Position numbers and translations under genes: made by a program. A model generated the notes under the pieces. It saw only the letters and a program-made list of their open reading frames with translations, was not told the DNA's origin and did not search any database. 64,000 nt of DNA from Mobula hypostoma (lineage: Eukaryota), in the NCBI RefSeq assembly GCF_963921235.1, contig NC_086108.1, positions 14,756,001-14,820,000 on the forward strand, in the 5' to 3' direction. The first letter of the stretch is position 1. Every line of letters starts with the position of its first letter. Shown in pieces: positions 1 to 11,590 of this stretch.

Positions 1-125
1 TTTCTATTTTACATTGACTGTTCTATTTATTATAAATTACTATGATTGCACATTTAGACGGAGACGTAAAGTAAAGATTTTTACACCTCGTATGTGAAAG
101 ATGTAAGAAATGAAGTCAATTCAAT
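1..125 (+). mobile_element. Rex1/Babar-like LINE 3' end with (TTCAA)n tail
   Basis: Reverse-complement match to the 3' end of the element at 30848-30990. Confidence 0.6.
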
Positions 126-307
126 ACAGGTATAGTGCAGAATAGTCCTTTCTGGCCCTTAAAGCCATGCCACCAGCAAACCCAGTTTAACCCTAGCCTG
201 GTCACAGGGCAATTTATAATGGCTAATTAGCATACTGACCGGTGTGTCTTCGGAAGGGGGAGGAAACCCACACATTTCATGGAAACGCCTTCCATAGGAC
301 ACAGCTT

Positions 308-575
308 TAAGGTGCTTGGAAGTAGTTACAAAGGGGATGTCAGTGTTAAGTTTTTTGCGCAGAGAGTGAGTGGTGAGTGCATGGAATGGGCTGCTGGCGA
401 GAGTGGTGGAGGCGGATACGATAGGGTCCTTTAAGAGACTCTTGGATAGGTACATGGAGCTTAGAAAAATAGAGGACTATGGGTAACCCTAGATAATTTC
501 TAAAGTAAGTACATGTTTGGTACAGCATTGTGGGCCAAAGGGCCTGTATTGTGCTGTAGGTTTTCTATGTTTCTA
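308..575 (+). mobile_element. CR1 LINE 3' fragment
   Basis: CR1 ORF2 tail remnant ending in tttctatgtttcta. Confidence 0.65.
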
Positions 576-654
576 GGACGGCAAAATTGAACTCTGAACT
601 CCAAAGCCCCAACCTGGAATAACATCGCGTTATGCTACCGTAGCATCCCAGGAT

Positions 655-1262
655 TATTAGATTAGATTTAGATTATGAGGACACGCAGTCCTCTTTTATT
701 GTCATTTAGTAATACATGCATTAAGAAATGATACAATGTTTTTCCAGAATGATATCACAGAAACACTTGACAAACCGACTTAAAAACTGACAAAAACCAC
801 ATAACATAAACATAGTTACAACAGTGCAAAGCAATACCGTAATTTGATAAGAACAGACCAGGTCACGCAGACGGTGAACCTCCAGCCCACAAACTTGCCG
901 ATGCAGCATCCTGGAAGCATCCAACCACAGTCCGACTCCGAGTCTGTCCGAAAACTCCGAGCCTCCGATCAACTCTCCGACACTGAGCACCAAGCACCAT
1001 CTCTGCCGAGCGCTTCAACCCCGGCCCCAGCAACAGGCAATATGCAAAGCCAAGGATTTGGGGCCTTCCCCTCCGGAGATTCTCAATCGCACAGTAGCAG
1101 CGGCAGCGAAGCGGGCATTTCAAAAGTTTCTCCAGGTGTTCCTCCGTGCTTCTTACGGCTGTCTCCATCAAATCAGGATTGTGCACGGCATCCTAGTTCA
1201 CAAATACGATATCATTCGGAACGGCCGCGTGCGCTGCGTCGCGCCACCTTCTCCTCCCTCCT
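655..1262 (-). mobile_element. CpG-rich non-coding retroelement with a (TCTAA)n tail
   Basis: ttaga repeats at 656-673; minus-strand 5' end ggagaaggtggcgcgacgcagcgcacgcggcc; no credible ORF. Confidence 0.5.
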
Positions 1263-1269
1263 GTATTAA

Positions 1270-2545
1270 CGATGAGGTTTTAGGGAATTGGAGGCACATA
1301 ATAAAATTGGAGGAAGGTAGCATCATTTCCTTCAGGTGAAATCTCACCTGGAATTCTTTGAGGAAATAACAGGCACGATAGACGAAAGAAATCAGTGAAT
1401 GTGGTTTACTTGGATTCTTAGAAGGCATTTCACAAGATGCAGTACGAAGCTGCTTAACAAGATAAGAGCCCATGGTATTACGGAAAGATAATACCCTGCA
1501 GAGAAGGTTGGCTGACTGCCAGGAGGCAAAGAGCGGGAATAAAGGGGGACTTACCTGGTTGGCTGCCAGTGACTAGTGGTATTCCACGGGGTTGGTGCTG
1601 GGACCGAATCTTTTCACGTTATGTATCAGGGAGTTGATGGAATTGAGGGCTTTGTGACTAGATTTGAAGACAATAGAAAGATAGGTGGAGGAGCAGGTAA
1701 TGTTGAGGAAACAGGGAGTCTGCAGAAGGTCTTGGACATAGTAGGAGAATGAGTAAAGAGCGCAAATGGAATACAGTGTAGGGAATGTATGTAAAGTGCA
1801 TAACTGTATAGTGTATGGTCATGCACTTTAGTATGAAGAATTAATGCACAGACCATCCAAGCAGGAAGAATGTTAAGAATTAAGGTGCAAAGGGACTTGG
1901 GGAGTCCTTGTACAGGATTCGCTAAAGGTTACCTTTCAAGTTGAGTTGGTGATAAGGAAGACAAATGCAATGTTACAATTCATTTCGAGAGATTAAAAAA
2001 CAAGGATTAATGCTGAGGCGCTATAAGAAATTGGTCAGAACACACTTGGAATATTGTGAGTTTTCAGTCCCTTATCTAATAAAGGAGATACTGGCATTGG
2101 AGAAGGTCCAGAGAAGGTTTGCGACAATGATCCTGAGAATAAAAGGGTTAACACATGAGGAGCATTTGATGGCTTTGCGCTTACTTGATGGAGTTTAGAA
2201 GAATGAGGGGAGATGTCCTTGAAGTCTATTGTATACAGAAAGGTCTAGATCAAGTGGACATAGAGAGGATGTTTCCTATAGTGGAGGAGTCTAGGACCAG
2301 AGGGCACAGACTGAGAATACAAGGACATCCTTTAGGAACAGAGACAAGGAGAAACATCTTTCACCAGAGCACAGTGATTCTGTGGAACTCATTGGCATGG
2401 AGGGCTGTAGACGCCAAGTCGTTGAATATATTAAGAGCAGAGGCTGATATGTTCTTAATTAATCAGAGCATCGAAGGGTACAGAGAGAAGGCAGGAGAAG
2501 GGGTTGAATAGCCTAATTCTGCTCCAACGTCTTATGGTCTTATAT
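1270..2545 (+). mobile_element. Degraded CR1 LINE (RT through 3'UTR)
   Basis: YKKLVRTHLEYC and EFRRMRGD..E.Y...RTRGH.L motifs. Confidence 0.8.
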
Positions 2546-3414
2546 TTAAGGTAAAGATAGATGAATATTTAAAAGATTGAGGAACTGAAGGGTTATGGAC
2601 AACTGACACAGAAGAGTTGATGCCAAGATAGATTAGCTATGATTATATTGAATAAACTGGTGGCCTATTCCTGTTGCTTTTCTTTTCTTGTTGTTATAGC
2701 AGGGTTTTCCACCATTTCTGTACGAGTGTGAGTAAAATCAATGCCTCTAGACGGTGGAACCTTTCTCACTGGAGAGTTGCTGCAGCTAGATCTCCAGTCA
2801 TTGTGAGGGACAGTGCCCTTTGGCAGTTTATATACTTCTCAGCATGAGAAGTTTCAGTTCCACCTCAGCAACACCCCCCCCCCCCCACCGTTCATAATGT
2901 ACTGGACAGTGCAGCTAATGGCTTTCCCACCAGTGGGTCAGAGATCCTGTGGTCAAATTCTCTGCCATGGTTTGAACTTATAATGTAGGCAGATGCTCAA
3001 GTGTATTTCTGAGGGAGTGCAGTGATGTCAAAGTGCTGGGTTTTCAGGGATTTCCAGCCTTTTTTATACCATGGACCCCTACCATTACCAAGGGGTCCAA
3101 AGAGCCCAGGTTGGGAATCCCAACTGTAAACCGTGACTGCCCTTTCCTCTCTAATATCAACAATCTCAGGGCCAAATTTGGAGGTGAATAAATTCTGGCC
3201 AAATCTCATCCTTCATCTAACACTGCCTAAGCCATTGTCTGATCATTATCCCATTGTTGATGAGAAAAGCCTATTGTATGGGCAATGGCAGTGCTTCCTG
3301 ACTACTGCAGTAGCTAATATTCAGAGATTTAAAAATTCTTTGAGCTCTGACCAGTCATGGAACAGTGGAAATGTACCTTCTGTCTGACTTTCCTCCATTT
3401 TTTCCCCTTCACAG

Positions 3415-3520
3415 GGATAGCAGAAGTGAATTTGCCCCTTTGGTACCTTTACCCCCAGTCATGTTCCAGCAAGGCAGGACATCAAGCCAAGGAGAAGAAA
3501 TCCACAACCAACGGCCAAAG
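3415..3520 (+). CDS. CACNA1E: Cav2.3-type calcium channel alpha-1 subunit, C-tail coding exon ([35 protein letters not shown])
   Basis: Polypyrimidine tract plus acag acceptor ending 3414; AAG|gtagga donor at 3520/3521; 106 nt ending in phase 0, joining in frame to the 20773 exon; peptide recalled as similar to the marine ray doe-1 channel tail. Confidence 0.75.
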
Positions 3521-3681
3521 GTAGGAATTCAACCACCAGACAGATCAGAGTGAACATGGCAAGAGGGAAGGTAATGGGTCCTATGATATCTGCCAGAGAC
3601 CTAAAAATATTATGGGTACTGTATAAAATTATTGGTTGGAACAAGAATGGCTCCAGATCAAGTAACAGATTGTTCATGAAG

Positions 3682-3869
3682 TACAGACGGGCTGGATATG
3701 CACACGATGTTTGTAACATACAATCTGTGCATATCATACAGACTGGCTGGGTATGCACACGTTGTTTGTAACATACAATCTGTGCAAATCATACAGACTG
3801 GCTGGGTATGCACATGTTGTTTGTAACATACAATCTGTGCATTTCAAACAGACTGGCTGGGTATGCACA
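3682..3869. repeat. 55-bp minisatellite, 3.4 copies, each full unit containing an imperfect 35-bp palindrome
   Basis: Units start at 3682, 3737, 3792 and 3847. Confidence 0.9.
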
Positions 3870-4304
3870 AATCAGCAGAATGTAAGGAGATGGGCTGAAA
3901 AATGGCAGATGGAATTTAATGTAGACAAGTGTGAGGTGTGGCACTTTGGGATGACAAAACCAAGGTCAGACTTACACAGTGAGCAGTAGGGCATTAAGGA
4001 GTGTGGTAGAACAGAGGGATCTAAGAATACAGGTCCATAATTCCTTGAAAGTGGTGTCACAGGTAAACAGAGTTGCCTTCATAAATCAATGTATTGAGTA
4101 CAGGAGATAAGATGTTATTTGAAAATGTATAAATTGCTGGCGAGGCCTAATTTGGAGTATTGTGTCCAGTTTTGGTCACCTACATACAGGAAAGATATAA
4201 ATAAGATTATAAGAATGCAGAGCAAAATTACAAGAGTGTTGGCAGACTTGACTGAAAGGGAAAGATAGAATAAAGTACCTACTTTATTCCCTAAAACGTA
4301 GAAG

Positions 4305-5890
4305 ATTGCCCAATTATCTCCAGCATGTAACCGGTTGCACTACAGGCCCCAACATACTAGACCACTGCTACACTACAATAAGGAATGTCTATCATTCCTT
4401 CCCGAGACTGCATTTTGGCAAGTCGGATTATTTGGCTGTCCTCCTACCTCCTGCATACAGACAGGGCCTGGAGAGCAAGGCTCCAGAGATCAGCGATCAA
4501 CAGGTGGTCATGGGAAGCTGAGGAATGGTTACAGGATTGCCTCAAGCCAGTGGACTGGGCAGTGTTCAAGCACTCATTTGAGAATCTGAATGACCACACC
4601 AGGGTCATTACAGACTTCACTAAAACAGCTGTGGATGAGTGTGTCCCCACAAAATCATTAAGGGCTTTCCCCAGTCACAAGCCCTGGAAGAACAATGCAA
4701 TCTGGAATTTTCTGAGAGCCAGATCAGAGGCATTCAAGTCTGGAGATCAAGAATGCTACAAGGGGTGCAGGTATGATCTCCAGAGAGCCATCTCTCAGCA
4801 AAGTGGAGATTCTGGAATAGACTGGAATCGACAAAACATGCTCGACAGCTGTGGCAGGGTTTGAACACCATAACCTCCTACAAAGCTAAATCTTACAAAA
4901 TAGGGGACAACAGCGCTTTGTTTCCAGATGAGCTCAATGCTTTCTGTGCTCGCTTTGAGCACCAGAACAGGGAGGAACCATCATGCACTCTCATGTCTCC
5001 CAGGATTCTTTGGTCTCAGTTTCTGAAGATGACTTGCAGACTGCCTTGAAGAGAGTGAATCCAAGGAAAGCATCTTGTCCAGATGGATTACCTGGCTGAG
5101 TACTAAAGACCTGTGCCACCCAACTGGCTAGTTGATATCTTCAACTTCTCATTTCAGCAGTATGTGGTACTCACCTGCTTCAAGCAGGCTTCAGTCGTAC
5201 CGGTTCCCAAGAATAGTGTGGTAACCTGTCTAAATAACTATCACTCAGTAGCACTTACATCCACAGTTTTTGTGAAGTGTTTTGAAAGGCTGGTGTTGAA
5301 GCATATCAGCTCCTGTCTGAGTGGCAACTTGGATCAGCTCCAGTTCACCTCCTGAAGCAACAAGTCAACAGCAGTTGCTATTGCATTGGCTCCTCACACA
5401 ACTCTGGAACATCTGGACAACAAAGGCGCACACATCAGGATGCTCTTTATCGATTACAGTTTGGCATTAGCGCCCTCATCCCCTCAAAGCTAATCTGTAA
5501 ACTCCAAGGCCTGGGCTTCAATAACTGCTTATTTAATTGGATCTTGGATTTCTTCACTTGTAGACCCCAGTCAGTTCAGCTTAGCAAAATCATCTCCTCC
5601 ACAATCTTTATTAGCACAGGAGTACTACAGAGATGTGTAGTTAGCCCTTTACATCTATGACTGTGTGGCTAAGTACACCTCCAACACAATACACAAGTTT
5701 GCTGATGACCCCCCTGTTGTGAGCTGTATCAAAGGGGGTGATGAACCAGCGTATAGGAGGGAGATTGAAAATTTGGCTGAGTGGTATAATAACAACAACC
5801 TCTCACTCAATGTCAACAAGACCAAGGAACTAATTGTGGACTTCAGGAGAGAGAAACCAGAGGTCCATGAGCCAATAATTATCAGAGGTA
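4305..5890 (+). mobile_element. Degraded Rex1/Babar-clade LINE
   Basis: ILDHCYTTI, PVPK..V.CLNNY.SVALTS..KCFERLV, KFADD and LNVNKTKELIVDFRR motifs. Confidence 0.8.
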
Positions 5891-6730
5891 AATACAAGCA
5901 GGTTTTTTTCCTCTGAGGGTGGGTGAAACTGCAACTGAAGGTCATGGATTAAGAGTGAAAGGTGAAATGTTTAAGAGGAACACAAGAGGGAATTTCATCT
6001 CTCAAATGGTGGAGAAGCTTGGAATGAGCTTCCACTGCAAGTGGTTGATTTCAACATTCAAGCATAATTTTGATCGTCACATGGATGGGAGGGGTCTGGT
6101 GGGCTGTGGTCTGGGTGCAGCTCAATGGGACTAGGCAGATTAATGGTTCGGTACAGACTAGATAGGCCAAAGGGCCTGTTTCTGTGCTGTAGTGTTTTAT
6201 GACTCTATGAACAGTTATGAAGATCGTGAACATTGTGAAGATCAGGGTTTAAACCCGTTGGGTCAACATGACCAAATCCTGTTTGCATTAGCAAGGTTTG
6301 TACAGATAACCAGGCTAGGCATAAAATAAAATGGCCGCTACAGACTACCTGATATAAATTGATAAAGAGTCAAGCAAAGATTAATGTTACGTAGAGATCA
6401 ACATGGCACATTAAGCTTAGTAGTGGATTTATTGATTGTAGGGTAATGTCAAATTGAACAGCCATGTACAGATAAACAAGATTTGTGCAAACGAACCAAT
6501 CTGTAACACTTAGAACATATAACACTATAGCAAAGCAAAGGCCCTTCAGCCCATGATGGTGCTGACCTTTTAACCTATTTGAAGATCAATCTAACCCTTC
6601 CTGATTACATTGCCCTCCATTTTTCTATCAACCATGTAACCATCGAAGAGTTTCTTAAATGTCCCTTATATAGCTGCTTCTACCACCACCCCTGGCAGGG
6701 CATTCCACACAGTCAATGTGTAAAACTTAC

Positions 6731-7432
6731 ATAGAAACATAGAAACATAGAAAATAGGTGCAGGAGTAGGCCATTCGGCCCTTCGAGCCTGCACCGCCAT
6801 TTATTATGATCATGGCTGATCATCCAACTCAGAACCCCACCCCAGCCTTCCCTCCATACCCCCTGACCCCTGTAGCCACAAGGGCCATATCTAACTCCCT
6901 CTTAAATATAGCCAATGAACTGGCCTCAACTGTTTCCTGTGGCAAAGAATTCCACAGATTCACCACTCTCTGTGTGAAGAAGTTTTTCCTAATCTCGGTC
7001 CTAAAAGGCTTCCCCTCTATCCTCAAACTGTGGCCCCTCGTTCTGGACTTCCCCAACATCGGGAACAATCTTCCTGCATCTAGTCTGTCCAATCCCTTTA
7101 GGATTTTATACGTTTCAATCAGATCCCCCCTCAATCTTCTAAATTCCAACGAGTACAAGCCCAGTTCATCCAGTCTTTCTTCATATGAAAGTCCTGCCAT
7201 CCCAGGAATCAATCTGGTGAACCTTCTTTGTACTCCCTCTATGGCAAGGATGTCTTTCCTCAGATTAGGGGACCAAAACTGCACACAATACTCCAGGTGT
7301 GGTCTCACCAAGGCCTTGTACAACTGCAGTAGTACCTCCCTGCTCCTGTACTCGAATCCTCTCGCTATAAATGCCAGCATACCATTCGCCTTTTTCACCG
7401 CCTGCTGTACCTGCATGCCCACTTTCAATGAC
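6731..7432 (-). mobile_element. Young 5'-truncated CR1 LINE with (TTCTATGT)n tail
   Basis: Uninterrupted 199-aa ORF2 C-terminus (KKANGMLAFIARG..LYKALVRPHLEYCVQFWSP); nearly identical to 62585-63268; short 3' copy at 61429-61510. Confidence 0.92.
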
Positions 7433-7767
7433 CTCTGATATCCCCCTGTACTTTCCTCAAATCACCTTAAAATTATGCCTGCCCATATTAGCCATATCTG
7501 CCCTGTTAAAAAGTCTCTGGCTAGCCACTCAATCAATGTCTCATCGTCTTGTACTCCTCTATCAAGTCACCTCTCATCTTCCTTCACCCCAAAGAGAAAA
7601 GCCCTAGCTCACTCAACCTATCCTCATAAAAAAATTCTCTCCCAGGCAGCATCATGGCAAATCTACTCTACACCCTCTCTAAAGCTTCCATTTCTTTCCC
7701 ATGATGAGGTGACCAGAACTGTACACAGTAATCCAAGTGTGGTCTAACCAGGGTTTTATAGGGCTGC

Positions 7768-7959
7768 AAACAACAGGAATTCCGCAGATGCTGGAAATTC
7801 AAGCAACACACATAAAAGTTGCTGGTGAACGCAGCAGGCCAGGCAGCATCTCTAGGAAGAGGTCCTGACGAAGGGTCTCGGCCTGAAACGTCGACTGCAC
7901 CTCTTCCTAGAGATGCTGCCTGGCCTGCTGCGTTCACCAGCAACTTTTATGTGTGTTGC
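7768..7959. mobile_element. Penelope-derived short element as a head-to-head inverted pair, inserted into a CR1 relic
   Basis: Perfect 63-bp inverted arms 7801-7863 / 7899-7961; flanked by ttttatag(g/a)gctgcaa direct repeats. Confidence 0.75.
7862..7895 (+). ncRNA. Minimal type-I hammerhead ribozyme motif (Penelope-type, would need to dimerise)
   Basis: GTC-CTGACGA-AGG(gtctcgg)CCT-GAAA-CGTC-GAC: core boxes, stem II, palindromic ACGT in place of stem III, stem I GTC/GAC. Confidence 0.6.
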
Positions 7960-10386
7960 TTTTATAGAGCTGCAACATTAATCTCTTGACTAATGAAGGC
8001 TAACACACCAAATGCCTTTTTAACCACCCTTTCAATTTGCTCAGCAACTTTGAGGGATCTCTGGACATGGACTCCAAGATCCTTCTGTTCCTCCACACTG
8101 CTAAGAATTCTGCCATTAAACCCTCTATACTACCTTCAAATTCGAATTTCCAATCTAAATCACTTCACACTTTTCCGTTTTAAACTCCGTCTGTCACTAC
8201 TCAGCCCACTACTGCTTTCTGTCAATGTCCTGTTGTAACTTACAACCACTAATCACAAATCCAACAACCTTCACATTCATATCTAAAAGCCTCCTTTCTC
8301 TACTACCCCCTGGTAACCTATTCCAGGTACCAATCACACTCTGCATTAAAAACATGCCCCTCGCATCACCTTCTATCTTGTCCCTAACCGTAAAAGCATG
8401 TGCTCTCGTGTTTGGCATTTCTACCCAGGGGTAAGGATTCTGACTGTCTACTCTACCTACTGTATGTCACTCATAATTATAAAACCTTCTATCAGGTCTA
8501 CTCACCAGAATCTAGAATAATGAGGGATGACCTAATTGAAACCTATCGAACGGTGAAAGGCCTTGATAGAGTGGATATGGAGAGGATATTTCCTATGGTG
8601 GAAGTGTCTAAGACCAAAGGACATAGCCTCAAAATAGAGAGGTGTCCTTTTAGAACAGAGATGAGGAGGAATTTCTTTAGCCAAAGAGTGCTGAATCTGG
8701 AATTCATTGCCACAATCAGCTGTGGAGCTTAAGTTTTTATGTACAGTATGTTCAATGCAGAGGAGATTGGTGTTGAGGAAAATTGGATCAGCCATGATCT
8801 TATAGTCTTGTGGTCTCCGCTCAGCCTCTCTACAGTGAGACCAGAGAACAACACTAGATTGTTTAACCTTACCTTATAGGCCATACCATCTAATCCAGAT
8901 AGCATCCTGATAAATCTCTTCTGAACCCCCTCTCATCCTCAGTCTCTACATCCTTCCTATAATGGGGCAATCAGAACTGCTTAGAATACTTCAAGTGGGG
9001 TCTGACTAAAGTTTTGTATAGCTGCAGCTAAACTTCCTTATTATTTTACTCAAACATGCCTGCCAATGAAGGCAAGCTTCCCATATACCTTCTTTCCCAC
9101 CTTATCCACTTGTCTAGCCACTTTCAAAGAACTATGGACCTGGAACCCAAGATCCCTCCCTAATTCAATGCTGAATACTTTCTCCTTTAATTTGTCCTCC
9201 CAAAGTACAACACCACACACCTGTGCAGATTAAATTCCATCTTCCACTTCTCTAAACATATCTGTAACTGCTCCCTGCCTGCTGTATTCTTTCCAGTCCT
9301 TCACGCTGACCACAGTCCCACGAATTTTGGTGTCATCTGCTTACTCGCTAATCCATCCATTTACATTTTCATCCAGATTAGTGATATATGTCACAAACAG
9401 AGGTCCCAGCATTGATCCTTGTGAGAAACCACTGGTCACAGACCTCCAGTCAGAATAACAGGCTTTCAGCCCTTACCTTTCCTCTTCTATGGGCAAACCA
9501 GTTCTGAATCTAAACTTGCATTTCACCTTAGATCCTAAGCATATTTATCTTCTGAATCAACCTACCACAAACATCCTTATAACATGCCTTGCTAACATCC
9601 AGGCAGATAACATCCACTGCTTTACCCTCATCAAGCATATTTGTTGCCTCAAAAACTCAGTCACGTTTATAAGGCATGACTTGGCCTGCATAAAGCCATC
9701 ATAACTGTCCTTAAACAGCCCATGCCTTTCCAAATGCACACGAATCCTATCCTCAGTCTCCTTTCTGACAGCTTATTTACCAGTGACGTGAGCTGACAGC
9801 ATTTCCTTTCTTGAACAAAGGCACAATATTTGCTATTTTCCAGTGCATCAGCACCTCTCCTGTTGCTAGTGAGGACACAAAGGAGCCCAGTAATCCTCTC
9901 ACTTACCTCCTTCAAAACTCCTTTATTAGTTGAGCATTGTGTTTAAGAGCCAAGAAGTGACGTTGCAGCTCTATAAAACCCCAGTTAGACTGTATCTAGA
10001 GTATTGCATTCAGTCCTGTTTACCCCAGTACAGGAATAATTTGGAGGCTTTGGAGAGAGTGCAGAAGAGGTTTACCAGAATGCTGCCAGGATTAGAGGGC
10101 ATGTGCTATGAGGAGAGAGTGGATAAACTTCTCTGAGAGGCAAAAGACGGGTTCATTCGGGACATTCTACACACCACAGATCGCTGGAAGCCATTGGATT
10201 GTACACAGTGAAAGGAAGATTTTTAAACAGCGAGCAGGGGCAGTTGGGACATTCTGCGCACCACTAACCATGGATTATGTAAGCACTTAGCAAGAGCCAA
10301 TAATAACAAGTTATGTTTAAGTGGAGTGGCCACTGTGTGAGTGGCACAGGTTTAGAGTGGAAAGTTCAGGCTTTGTCTCATACAGG

Positions 10387-10964
10387 TGTAACCCTCAGGC
10401 TCGGCCAACATGCGTTTGTCTAGGGGAAGCCAGCCTCTGGCCCAGCCAAACTGAGAAATCTCATTTGTGTGGATGCTGTTGCCCGGTTACAAATCAGTAC
10501 CGCAAAATATCAGACAGTACACCATATGCAATTAAACAATTGAGCTTTATAATTCTTAATCTGACTTTAGGGTTAGTAAAGAAAATAAAAAGAAAAAGGG
10601 CCCATTTTAATTAAACAGTCTAATGTGCACGTTGGAGCTCATGGGTGTTCATCCATTCGTTCCCCATTGACCTCCGAGTGGCGTCGACTCCCAGACCCTC
10701 ACTCCAAGTCCACTATGTCCTGCGGTCTACCAACTCTCTCCACTTGCGTCTTCTCTCTTCATCTCTCACCGACATGAATACCTTCTCTCAGATACACAAG
10801 AAGAAACAACACCATGAATACCTTCTCTCAGACACACAAGAAGAAACAACATGCTCCTCACTGGATGGCGCACATTCCAAAGCCCCCGTTATCTCTAGTC
10901 ATGACCCACACTGCTGCTACAGAGAAACCATTACATTAGCAGTGAAACCTTACAGAGTGTTACA
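10387..10964. mobile_element. Solo LTR (578 bp) with a 4-bp TSD
   Basis: Starts TGTAAC, ends GTTACA; flanked by CAGG at 10383-10386 and 10965-10968; internal 40-bp tandem duplication at 10773-10851. Confidence 0.8.
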
Positions 10965-11039
10965 CAGGCTTCAGTGAGAAGTGAAAGCTGTAGGTAGATT
11001 TCAGGTAATTTGTTTTCTTTGTTTTTTACTTATTGCACA

Positions 11040-11590
11040 GTTAGAGCAGTGGGAATACCAAGCAGGACAGTAGAATGCTCCTGTTGTGGGCTGTGGGAAG
11101 GCAGGGAGACCTCCAGTCTCCCTGATGACAAGAACTACAAGAAGTGCATTCAGCTGCCGCTTCTTGCAGACCAGGCACAGGAATTGGAGCCAGAGCTGGA
11201 TGAACTGCACATCACTGACGGGTTTATTGACCGGTGGTAAACGGAGATAGTTACACCTCAAGTGCAGGACACAGGTAACTGAGTGACTGAGAGGGGTAAA
11301 GGGGATTGGCAACCAGTGCAGGGAACACCTGTGACTGCTCCTCGCGACCACTTCAGATACTGTTGAGGGGTATGAACTTCAAGACGAAAGCCACAGCAGT
11401 CAGCTCTCTGGCACTGAGTCTGTCTATGTGGCTCAGAATTGAAAGGGGCAAAAGAGACGATTCACTGGTTAGCGGAATGGACAGTGGGTTCTGTGAACAA
11501 GAATGAGATTTCTGGATGGTATGTTGTCTCCCAGGTGCCAGGGTCAAGAACATCTCAGATCTAGATCACAGCATTCTTAATTGAGAGGGT
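11040..11590 (+). mobile_element. CR1 ORF1 remnant (zinc finger, coiled coil, esterase start)
   Basis: VECSCCGLWE...KKCIQL.LL.D..ELE.ELDEL, and downstream MVCCLPGARV. Confidence 0.6.

Noticed and set aside
6806..7438. 210-aa + strand ORF, and similar antisense ORFs over other LINEs
   Set aside because: Antisense shadow of CR1 ORF2
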